Origin: Nitrospirota bacterium
GTDB lineage: Bacteria > Nitrospirota > UBA9217
NCBI GenBank assembly: GCA_963737155.1
Contig: CAVTRN010000002.1
Coordinates: forward strand, 1,600,001-1,664,000
Reading direction: 5' to 3'
DNA length: 64,000 nt
Below the pieces are notes generated by a model, which was not told where the DNA came from, did not search any database, and worked only from the letters and a program-made list of their open reading frames with translations. Every line of letters starts with the position of its first letter. Positions within the stretch are counted from its first letter, which is position 1. The translations under genes were made by a program, and so were the position numbers. This document shows, piece after piece, positions 33,083 through 41,517 of this stretch.

Positions 33083-34354
33083 TCACCGGAATGCCGAGGG
33101 AGGGGGCTTGATCTCTGTTGAGGACCCATGCCATGCGGCAATTTTAGACCGGTTCAAGATAACGACCAGAAAGACGACGCCGCAAATAAGCCCACCTAGG
33201 GCAAAAGTGCGCGGCGCATTGATCCAATGGGCGACAGATCCGGCAAATATGCTGCCGAAAGGCGTGAGCCCTCCGAAAGCCAGGGTGTAGACGCTCATCA
33301 CTCTTCCGCGAAGTCGATCTTCTGTGTTCAACTGGACAGTGGTGTTTGCCATGCCGAAAAAAGTAACCATAGCCCATCCCGAGAGCGAGAGAAGCAGGGC
33401 CGACAAAACGAAAGATTTCTGAAAACCTATTAGTATTAGGAAAAGAGAGAGGCCCATGCCGCCACCGAGCAGCATAAAGGGTTGAGGTCCGGATTGGCTC
33501 AATGCAGCAAGAGATACAGCACCGATCAACGCGCCACATCCGAAGGAAGACATAAGGAATCCGAACCCTGCCGCATCGCGATGCAGTTCCTGCCTGGCGA
33601 AAACAGGAACCAGCACATTGAAATTAGTGCCAAAAATACTGACAACGGCCACAAGAAATATGGTGACAAGAACGACAGGCGCGTTCCTGATGTACGTTAC
33701 GGCCTCTCTAATATCTTTAATAACATGATAGGATATATGAATTTCGCTGGCGGCTTCGTCAAACTGCATGAGAAGAAGGCTCCAAAGCACGGCCAAAAAG
33801 CTGAGGCCGTTCACGAAAAAACAGAAAGCGGTGCCGGCCGCTCCGATAATCAAACCGGCAACAGCCGGCCCAACGGCACGGGCAGCATTGAATATGGATG
33901 AATTGAGAGCAATGGCGTTCATAAGGTCTTTTTTGCCGACCATTTCGATAATGAACGCTTGGCGGGCCGGCATGTCGATAGTATTGACGATGCCGAGAAG
34001 CGTGGCAAGGATGAGGATGTGCCAGTAACGGACCGTGCCGGTCCAGTCGAGGACAGCAAGAATGAAAGCAAGCAACATCATAACTGTTTGGGTCCCGATG
34101 ATGATCCTCCGCTTAGGGATATAATCGATGAAGGGCCCCGTGAGAAAGGAGAGGAACAGTATGGGCAGAAATTGAAGAGCCGACACCACCCCAAGTTTGA
34201 AGGAGGAATGGGTCAGTTCTAGCACGAGCCACGCCTGGCCCAAATTCTGCATCCATGTCCCAATGAGGGACACGAGCTGACCCCACCAGAACAAGCGGAA
34301 ATTTCGGTGACGGAGAGCGCTGAAGAGTGTTTTGAGTATCGAAATGTTCCGCAT
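33083..34354 (-). CDS. MFS transporter (transmembrane secretion effector-like)
   Basis: ALRHRNFRLF.GQLVSLIGTWMQ, D.PARQAF and LRGRVMS; about 12 TM helices. Confidence 0.9.
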   Translation of the reverse strand: MRNISILKTLFSALRHRNFRLFWWGQLVSLIGTWMQNLGQAWLVLELTHSSFKLGVVSALQFLPILFLSFLTGPFIDYIPKRRIIIGTQTVMMLLAFILAVLDWTGTVRYWHILILATLLGIVNTIDMPARQAFIIEMVGKKDLMNAIALNSSIFNAARAVGPAVAGLIIGAAGTAFCFFVNGLSFLAVLWSLLLMQFDEAASEIHISYHVIKDIREAVTYIRNAPVVLVTIFLVAVVSIFGTNFNVLVPVFARQELHRDAAGFGFLMSSFGCGALIGAVSLAALSQSGPQPFMLLGGGMGLSLFLILIGFQKSFVLSALLLSLSGWAMVTFFGMANTTVQLNTEDRLRGRVMSVYTLAFGGLTPFGSIFAGSVAHWINAPRTFALGGLICGVVFLVVILNRSKIAAWHGSSTEIKPPPSAFR

Positions 34355-34491
34355 GATGCCGATTAATGTCCTTTAGGCACAGTATAGCACGGGTGAAAAA
34401 TTCTTGGAAATTCGATGGAGGGAAAAACGGGGCGATGGGGTCGTGCACCGGCGCTGCGTCCTCGAGAAGGGAACGTCGCCGGTGCTTGCTG

Positions 34492-34926
34492 TTAGTCCTT
34501 TTTCTTAGATGCAAACATGTAGTCGATGTAACCCATGACCTGAATCCTTCCTTCTTCGGGAACTTGTCGCAGTTTTCTTATTATCTGTATTTCTTCAGTG
34601 CTCATAATCCTCGTGAGATAATTGCATTGCTCTTCAGAAAGCGGATATTTGCGTTTCTCCCGCCTGATTTTCTTCTCTGACGGAGCAAGAAAAAACCCCT
34701 TTACCTCGAAGGGAACTTTTTCCTTATGGGCTGTCAGGATCAGGACCGTTTTATCGATGCCGAGCTTGTTCGCGATAGTAATGAGGGTTGTGTCCTTCGG
34801 GATGTGGCCTTTGTTCATCGTGACCCGCAGGAGTTCTGGGCTGAGCCCGAGGGCCTTCGATGCGTCCTTTAGATTGTGATAACCTTTGCTTTCGAGTGCC
34901 TGCCTGATAATATCGGATAATTTCAT
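34492..34926 (-). CDS. XRE-like helix-turn-helix protein
   Basis: LKDASKALGLSPELL...IPKDTTLITIANKLGID. Start could be 34974. Confidence 0.7.
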   Translation of the reverse strand: MKLSDIIRQALESKGYHNLKDASKALGLSPELLRVTMNKGHIPKDTTLITIANKLGIDKTVLILTAHKEKVPFEVKGFFLAPSEKKIRREKRKYPLSEEQCNYLTRIMSTEEIQIIRKLRQVPEEGRIQVMGYIDYMFASKKKD

Positions 34927-35008
34927 GACAACGCCTTTCTGCGGCATCTGGATGGAAAGTGCCGCTTTGTTCATAGTGTTGCGGAATCCGATTGTAACAA
35001 AATGATCG

Positions 35009-36910
35009 TCAGCCTCTCAATACTCTTTTGTCTCCGACCCGCTGGGTGAGTTTCAGGGAATCAAAATATTCCATGAGAGGCACGGCAAATTTGCGGGAAG
35101 TTCTGGCAAGATCGCGGAATTCGGCCATGGTGATCTCTTTCTTATCTATGAGATACTTTTTGAGGTCATCCTTTACCATCTCGACAACCTCTTTGTCGAG
35201 ATGGAGGGAATCATTGATTCTGACCGTGCGGCCTTCGTCGGAAAGGAGTTTCAACAGATCCCTGGCGTCCTTCTCGCTGATCTCGAAGAGCGCCGGAAGA
35301 TCTTCGCGGACTGGGGGTTGGGTGCCACCTTTTCTGATCGCCTCTACGATCTTGTTTTTCACTTCATTCTGAACCGCGCCGCGGGCAGCCTTGAATCCCG
35401 GAGTCTTGAGCTTCGGACCTTCCTGATCGATCAGTCTTTTTCTAATCAGGCTGTCGATTGCCATGGCTAGGACCTTGGATGAAAGCCGCATCCTGAGCAT
35501 GCTTTTGAGTTCTTCCTTGTCAATCCCCGGCTTAAGCGGATTGTCGTTATGATACCGGTTTGTGAGGTTTAGAATTTTCTCTTCGAGAGTCGAAATCTGC
35601 GATCCATGAACATAGAGATTATCGACCCGAAGCAGGACCTTTTTCTGGGCCAAGGTGGAGAGTCCCGTGAGAACTTCCTGTTTGTCGACGGCTAAAGTTC
35701 CTATGGCTTCGGCCTCCGTCATGCCGGCAAGACCTTTTCCGGAAACAAAGATCTCGAGTTTATCCTCGAGGTTTCCTTTTTCTAGTATCCCGAGATTCCC
35801 GAGCGTCTGTTTCATGGTCGCTTGTTTATGCCTTCGCGTATAAGGGGTTAGAACCATGCCTCCACCTAGGGTTTCCATGGGCGAATAGAAACGCAGGATA
35901 TATCGGTCTCCATGCTGGAGAATCACCGACTGTTCGATACGGAGTTGAACATAGGCCTCGCCGCCCGGTGAGAGTTCGTTTATCCCGAGAAGGGTAATTC
36001 TGCCCATGGCCTCTTGGGTCGTATTGTAAAAGCGGATTCGTGCTCCGGTCTTGAGCCTCCGCGAGGCCTGCTTGAGCAAATCGAGTTTCGCATCGAGCGT
36101 TTTCGTCGGGGTGAAAAATCCTGCGCTCACGATAGTATCGCCGCGGGAAATCTGGTTTTTGTCGACGCCTTGGAGATTGACGGCCGTACGCTGGCCCGCG
36201 ACGGAGCGCTGAACTGCCAGGTTATGAGACTGAATGCCTCGGACCTTAGTCTTGATGCCCCGGGGCAGAATGTCCACTTCCTGATTCGTGCTGATCGTGC
36301 CTGAGAGCAGGGTACCGGTGACGATAGTGCCGAACCCTTTCATGGTGAAGACGCGATCAATTGGGAGGCGCAGGATTCCGTTCGGCGATTTCGGGGTGAC
36401 ATCCGCAGCCAGTTTGGCGAGTTCCTGCACGAGAAGAGAAAGATTTTCCCCGGTCTTAGATGAGACCGGTATAAGAGGGGAGTTCTTAAGAAAGGTGTCT
36501 TTGACATATTGGCGCACTTCATCCGTGACCAGGGCAAGCCAGTCTTTTTCTACCAGGTCTGTTTTCGTAAGGGCGATCAAGCCCTTCTTGACATGCAACA
36601 GGTCGCAAATGGCAAGGTGTTCGCGCGTCTGGGGCATGATGCCCTCGTCGGCGGCGATCACGAGCATGACGATGTCGATTCCGCCAATACCAGCGAGCAT
36701 GTTTTTAATCAGACCTTCGTGTCCGGGTACATCAACGATGCCGAGGCGGCTGCCGCCGGGAAGATCAAGGGATGCAAAGCCCAGATCAAGAGTGATGCCG
36801 CGCTCTTTCTCTTCTTTAAGACGGTCCGGGTCAATGCCGGTAAGAGCTTTTACTAGGCTGGATTTCCCGTGGTCAATATGTCCGGCAGTGCCGAGAATGA
36901 TGTATTTCAT
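35009..36910 (-). CDS. selB: Selenocysteine-specific elongation factor
   Basis: GTAGHIDHGKS, EEKERGITLDLGF, DVPGHE and TKTD; C-terminal winged-helix region SRKFAVPLMEYFD...RVGDKR. Confidence 0.96.
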   Translation of the reverse strand: MKYIILGTAGHIDHGKSSLVKALTGIDPDRLKEEKERGITLDLGFASLDLPGGSRLGIVDVPGHEGLIKNMLAGIGGIDIVMLVIAADEGIMPQTREHLAICDLLHVKKGLIALTKTDLVEKDWLALVTDEVRQYVKDTFLKNSPLIPVSSKTGENLSLLVQELAKLAADVTPKSPNGILRLPIDRVFTMKGFGTIVTGTLLSGTISTNQEVDILPRGIKTKVRGIQSHNLAVQRSVAGQRTAVNLQGVDKNQISRGDTIVSAGFFTPTKTLDAKLDLLKQASRRLKTGARIRFYNTTQEAMGRITLLGINELSPGGEAYVQLRIEQSVILQHGDRYILRFYSPMETLGGGMVLTPYTRRHKQATMKQTLGNLGILEKGNLEDKLEIFVSGKGLAGMTEAEAIGTLAVDKQEVLTGLSTLAQKKVLLRVDNLYVHGSQISTLEEKILNLTNRYHNDNPLKPGIDKEELKSMLRMRLSSKVLAMAIDSLIRKRLIDQEGPKLKTPGFKAARGAVQNEVKNKIVEAIRKGGTQPPVREDLPALFEISEKDARDLLKLLSDEGRTVRINDSLHLDKEVVEMVKDDLKKYLIDKKEITMAEFRDLARTSRKFAVPLMEYFDSLKLTQRVGDKRVLRG

Positions 36911-36988
36911 GGGGCAGAAGACGGCTAACATTAAGCGATAAACAGGCGACGGCATGAAGATAGGAATAAACGCAGGATATATTCCTGC

Positions 36989-38410
36989 CTAACGTCTACA
37001 GCATGCTGTCCCCTTGAGGGTTGCTCCCATTGCTTCCACGATTTTTCCGATTTCCTCATCGTTCAGTGTCCGGGGGTCGAAAACGACCATGCCTTCCTTG
37101 ATCCGTGTGATGACATGCGGCTGACCAAGACGGAGGCTCGATTCAATCTGGTTCGCGCTCAACCGTTCATGTCGTATGCAGACGGTTTTCGTCGGGAAGT
37201 TCCCGGTCGGCAGCGCGCCGCCACCGCTCTGGGAACGGTCATCCTGGACTGAGATCGACAGCCCCTCGTCGCGGATATTTTGAAAGCCCTTTTTCAGTAG
37301 ATAGGCCTTGCGTTCAATTTCACTCAGAGGCTGGGTAAGCATCCAGAGCGTTGGAATTTCCCGCACCGCCTTTTCCTTGTCCAAGTACTGGCCCAGTGTG
37401 GCGTCAAGCGCGGCAAGGGTGAGTTTGTCGATCCGGAGAGCGCGACCGAGGGGGTTGGACCTGATAGGGTCCAGATAGGATTTTTTGCCTAGGATTAGGC
37501 CTGCCTGGGGACCACCGAGCAGTTTGTCGCCGCTGAAGGTGATCACGTCGACGCCGGAATCTACAGCCTGCTGCACGGTGGGTTCGCTACCCGTGCCATA
37601 GGTTGAAAGGTCGATGAAACTGCCGCTACCCAAGTCCCACATGACAGGAATATTATGTTTTTTACCGAGTCGGGAAAGCTCTTCAGAAGGAACTTCCTTA
37701 GTGAAACCGACAATTTTGTAGTTGCTTGTATGGACCTTCAGGATCAGACCCGTCTGGCTGCTGAGAGCATTTTCGTAGTCTTTCAGGTGGGTCTTGTTCG
37801 TGGTCCCGACTTCACGAAGGATGGCTCCACTCCGCTCCATCACATCGGGCACGCGGAAGGAGCCTCCGATCTCAACTAGCTCACCCCGGGACACGATAAC
37901 CTCCCTCCCCCGGGCAAGCGTATTGAGACAAAGAAGGACGGCTGCTGCGTTGTTGTTTACGGCCGTCGCAGCTTCAACGCTTGTGAGGCGTGTGAGCATT
38001 TTTTCAACATGAACGTAGCGCTTTCCCCGCTCGCCGGCAACGATGTCATATTCGAGATTCGAGTAGCCCCGGCTTATCTCGGTGATTCTTCGGAGCGCTT
38101 TTTCCGAAAGAATGGAGCGTCCGAGGTTCGTATGGACGATAACGCCGGTGGCATTGATAACGGGCCTGAGGCTTGGCTCGGACAATTCCCGGAGAATGAC
38201 TTCGGTATCATCGAGGATGGCGGTGAGGGTAAGGTCATTGCGATTGGCGTCTTTACCCACCGCCTGAAGGATTGACTTACGCCGTGTATCGACGGCGGTC
38301 CTGATGGCCTCGAGCACCAAGATCCTCGGGTACGTTTCAAGCCACGCAAGCGTCCTGTTTTCCTTCAAAATATCGTCGATCGAGGGCAAATGCCTGAGCA
38401 ACTCATTCAT
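36989..38410 (-). CDS. selA: L-seryl-tRNA(Sec) selenium transferase
   Basis: VINATGVIVHTNLGRS, NNNAAA, SRGELVEIGGSFR and FSGDKLLGGPQ. Confidence 0.96.
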   Translation of the reverse strand: MNELLRHLPSIDDILKENRTLAWLETYPRILVLEAIRTAVDTRRKSILQAVGKDANRNDLTLTAILDDTEVILRELSEPSLRPVINATGVIVHTNLGRSILSEKALRRITEISRGYSNLEYDIVAGERGKRYVHVEKMLTRLTSVEAATAVNNNAAAVLLCLNTLARGREVIVSRGELVEIGGSFRVPDVMERSGAILREVGTTNKTHLKDYENALSSQTGLILKVHTSNYKIVGFTKEVPSEELSRLGKKHNIPVMWDLGSGSFIDLSTYGTGSEPTVQQAVDSGVDVITFSGDKLLGGPQAGLILGKKSYLDPIRSNPLGRALRIDKLTLAALDATLGQYLDKEKAVREIPTLWMLTQPLSEIERKAYLLKKGFQNIRDEGLSISVQDDRSQSGGGALPTGNFPTKTVCIRHERLSANQIESSLRLGQPHVITRIKEGMVVFDPRTLNDEEIGKIVEAMGATLKGTACCRR

Positions 38411-38417
38411 AAAGATT

Positions 38418-38446
38418 AACATATCATAGCGGCGCGGAAATTTCAA
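38418..38446 (-). promoter_or_regulatory. selA promoter, leaderless geometry
   Basis: TTGAAA-17 nt-(TGn)TATGTT-7 nt-ATG. Confidence 0.6.
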
Positions 38447-38519
38447 CAACCCATTCCCCTTGTTTCATTGTCTTTTTTGCCCTTTACATCGGCTGGAGAA
38501 TAATCCACTTGAGGTGCCT

Positions 38520-38680
38520 ATAAACAGACAAAAATTATTGAAAGGAATTGCAGTCGCTGGCATGACGCTTGCGAAAGAAGAGCTGTTCGTTCCTATTGCT
38601 GATGCGATAGGGGTCCCCCCGGTTAACCTCGCGCACATCACGGACCTCAATCTTGATGTTGACGGGAAAAGCATCAGGCT
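38520..38680 (+). pseudogene. Possible remnant of a Tat-exported metallophosphoesterase
   Basis: After GAGGTG: INRQKLLKGIAVAG (decayed RRxFLK-like signal), then LAHITDLNLD (decayed HxxDxH). Confidence 0.4.
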
Positions 38681-38726
38681 ATACCGAAAGAAAGAACATG
38701 CCGATCAACATCGAATCGCTTCGAAT

Positions 38727-40874
38727 TTATTCCCCGCTTTCAAGCGAGAAATCGACTCTCTTGCGGATCGTATCCACGCGGTCGACGCGCACCCGGACGG
38801 CATTGCCGATCTGGTAGGAGCACTTTTTTCGTTCACCGCGCAAGCAGTGCAGCTTCTCAATGTAATGGTAATAATCGCCAGTCAGCGTCGATACATGGAC
38901 CAGTCCCTCCACGAACAGATCGCGCAACTGCACGAAGAAACCAAATTGAGTCACGCCAGTAATGATGCCGTCGTACACTTCGCCCAGTTTGTCCTCCATG
39001 AAGCGGAGTTTCAGCATAGTGATCACGTCACGCTCTGCTTCCATTGCTTTGCGTTCGCGCTGCGAACAGTGCGTTGCGGCCTCGGCCAGTGTTGAAGCGA
39101 GGTGATCGACATACTTTTTATCATTTAGTATGCCTTTTATATCCGCCTTCAGGATCCGGTGCACGATTAGATCTGGGTAACGTCGAATTGGGGAGGTGAA
39201 GTGGGTGTAGGTTTCGGACGCGAGGCCGAAATGACCGGCGTTCTCAGAAGAATAGCGCGCTTGTTTCATTGTGCGAAGGAGAACAGTATTGATCAATGTT
39301 TCTTCGGTGGTGCCTTTGGCCCGGGCTAGTGCTTTCTGGAGATGAATCGGCTTGATTTTTTTGCCTGTGGGAAGCGAAATGCCGAGTGTGGTGAGAAATT
39401 CTACGAGGTCTGCCATCTTATCTTCGTCTGGTTCTTCATGGATTCGGTAGATGAACGGTGCTTTCCTGTTTTCAATATGAGTCGCCACGGTTTCGTTTGC
39501 GGCGAGCATGAATTCCTCAATGATCTGGTGAGCCATGTTGCGCTCTGCCCTGATGATGTCGGTCATCCGGCCCTGGAGGTCGAGGATGATTTCTGGCTCT
39601 GGAAGGTCGAAGTCGATGCTTCCCCGCTTCGCCCGCTTGGCGCGTAGGATTTCCATCAGCTCCGCCATGAGTTCGAACTCTGGGAGCAGGTTAGTGTACC
39701 GATTTCGTTGCGCCTGATCATGGTCCACGAGAACTTCACGAACAGCAGTGTAAGTCATCCGCTCGTTGCTGTTGATGACGCTTTCGTAGATATCGTGCCG
39801 CATGACAGAACCGGTGGGAGAAATGTCCATCTCGCAGGTAAGTGTGAGCCGGTCGACATTCGGATTCAGACTACAGATGCCGTTTGAGAGCTGCATGGGG
39901 AGCATGGGGATGACGCGATCGGGCAGATATACACTCGTCCCGCGCTGGTACGCCTCGTCGTCGAGCAGCGTCCCTTCTTTGACATACTGAGACACGTCGG
40001 CGATATGGACATGGAGCCGGTAGCCTGAATTGATCTTTTCGATCGAGACAGCGTCGTCGAAATCGCGCGCTTTTTCGCCATCGATTGTAACTGTGGGCAA
40101 GGCTCTCAGATCGCGTCTGCCGCGGCGCATGAAGGGTGACACCTGCTGAGGAATCGATTCAGCTGCACTCACCGCAGCAGGGGAGAACTGGACAGGAAGT
40201 TCGTATTGCTCGACAATTAGCTCGGAATCGATGCTCGGCTGGCCGGGTTTGCCGATGACCTTGATAATTCTGCCTTCTGGCGGCCTGCCGTGCAGAGGAT
40301 AGGCTGTAATCGCGGCAGAGACAATGTCGCCAGGCTGCGCTGTCCCCGCATCCTCCTTGCTGACGACCAGGGCGTGGGTCAATTTTACATCAAAGGGCGT
40401 CACAAAGCCATATCCGCCGGTTTTCGTCCCAGAGACATCGTATGTTCCGACCACCCTGGTGCGTGCACGCTCAAGAATGCGGATGATCACGCCCTCCCTT
40501 TTGCCGGAAGTTTTCTTTTTGCCTGACGGCGGTGTTACCCGAACTACAACTGTATCACCATCCATAGCATCGATACGGCTTCGCGCGGATATGTAGATAT
40601 CAGTCTTCCCTTTCTTTCCCGGCATGACGAACCCGTAGCCTTGGGTATGGGCTTGGAATACTCCGGTTTCGAGGTCCATCTTCTCCGGCAGACCGTACCT
40701 GTTTCCGCGAGTCTTGATAATTTCGCCACTCAGCACCAGTTCACTTAGAACCTGCTTCAGCTCGCGCCGGTCATCCGCCGTGAGCCTGAGCTGGCGCATG
40801 ATCTCGCGCACGAGCATGGGTTTTCCGAGCCGAGCCTTAATAAGGTTGGTGATTTGTTTGTGAGTGTATTCCAT
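38727..40874 (-). CDS. rnr: Ribonuclease R
   Basis: TIDGEKARDFDDA, IEEFMLAANE and YTHFTSPIRRYPDL; C-terminal S1 domain. Confidence 0.96.
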   Translation of the reverse strand: MEYTHKQITNLIKARLGKPMLVREIMRQLRLTADDRRELKQVLSELVLSGEIIKTRGNRYGLPEKMDLETGVFQAHTQGYGFVMPGKKGKTDIYISARSRIDAMDGDTVVVRVTPPSGKKKTSGKREGVIIRILERARTRVVGTYDVSGTKTGGYGFVTPFDVKLTHALVVSKEDAGTAQPGDIVSAAITAYPLHGRPPEGRIIKVIGKPGQPSIDSELIVEQYELPVQFSPAAVSAAESIPQQVSPFMRRGRRDLRALPTVTIDGEKARDFDDAVSIEKINSGYRLHVHIADVSQYVKEGTLLDDEAYQRGTSVYLPDRVIPMLPMQLSNGICSLNPNVDRLTLTCEMDISPTGSVMRHDIYESVINSNERMTYTAVREVLVDHDQAQRNRYTNLLPEFELMAELMEILRAKRAKRGSIDFDLPEPEIILDLQGRMTDIIRAERNMAHQIIEEFMLAANETVATHIENRKAPFIYRIHEEPDEDKMADLVEFLTTLGISLPTGKKIKPIHLQKALARAKGTTEETLINTVLLRTMKQARYSSENAGHFGLASETYTHFTSPIRRYPDLIVHRILKADIKGILNDKKYVDHLASTLAEAATHCSQRERKAMEAERDVITMLKLRFMEDKLGEVYDGIITGVTQFGFFVQLRDLFVEGLVHVSTLTGDYYHYIEKLHCLRGERKKCSYQIGNAVRVRVDRVDTIRKRVDFSLESGE

Positions 40875-40983
40875 AAGAAAGAAATCAGAGTTCTTAGTTA
40901 GGTGTTCAGAAGAAACGCCTGCAATGGATCGCGTTCTTTACTATGAACTTTGAAGTGCAAATTCTAAACTTCGGGTTTTGAAC

Positions 40984-41382
40984 TTAATATATTCTAAGCA
41001 GCTTTCCCTTGGCTTCCGCGATAACGACCGGACCGCGTTCTATTCTTGCTTCGGCGAGGATCAGCCTTTTTGTTTCCTGCGTGATTATTCCCGCGATAAC
41101 GAGTTCTGCCCCCGGGACGGCAGGCGCTTTAAATTTGACAATGATCTCGGCGGTTAAGGCCGGGATCCCAAGGTTGAAGGCCAGCTTGACCATTGCTTCA
41201 TCGAGCAGGGAGGAGAGGATGCCGCCGTGGACGATTCCTTCATAGCCCTGATGAATGTCCGATGGTATAAAAACTGCGTTAATGCTCTTTGTTTTCGCGT
41301 TGATCGTGAAATCGACGGCAAGACCCGAAGGATTTTTTTTGCCACAAACATAACATAACTCGTTATCTCGAAGTTGATTCAT
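40984..41382 (-). CDS. PaaI-family hotdog thioesterase
   Basis: CYVCGKKNP.GL and HQGYEGIVHGGILSSLLDEAM. Confidence 0.88.
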   Translation of the reverse strand: MNQLRDNELCYVCGKKNPSGLAVDFTINAKTKSINAVFIPSDIHQGYEGIVHGGILSSLLDEAMVKLAFNLGIPALTAEIIVKFKAPAVPGAELVIAGIITQETKRLILAEARIERGPVVIAEAKGKLLRIY

Positions 41383-41467
41383 AGACGTTAGGCGGACCCA
41401 ATCCAAGCGCCGGTATCCACATCGGAGTAACTGCTTCTTAATGTTTCTTCCGCTCCGATGTCCGCGC

Positions 41468-41517
41468 TTGTATCTCTAGCTGCTTGCAAGTATAATATAA
41501 AAAATGTCATTTGACAA
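41468..41517. promoter_or_regulatory. Overlapping bidirectional sigma70 promoters (glnE and thioesterase-rnr)
   Basis: Plus strand: TTGTAT(41468)-17-TATAAT(41491). Minus strand: TTGTCA(41517)-17-TATACT(41494-41489). Confidence 0.7.
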
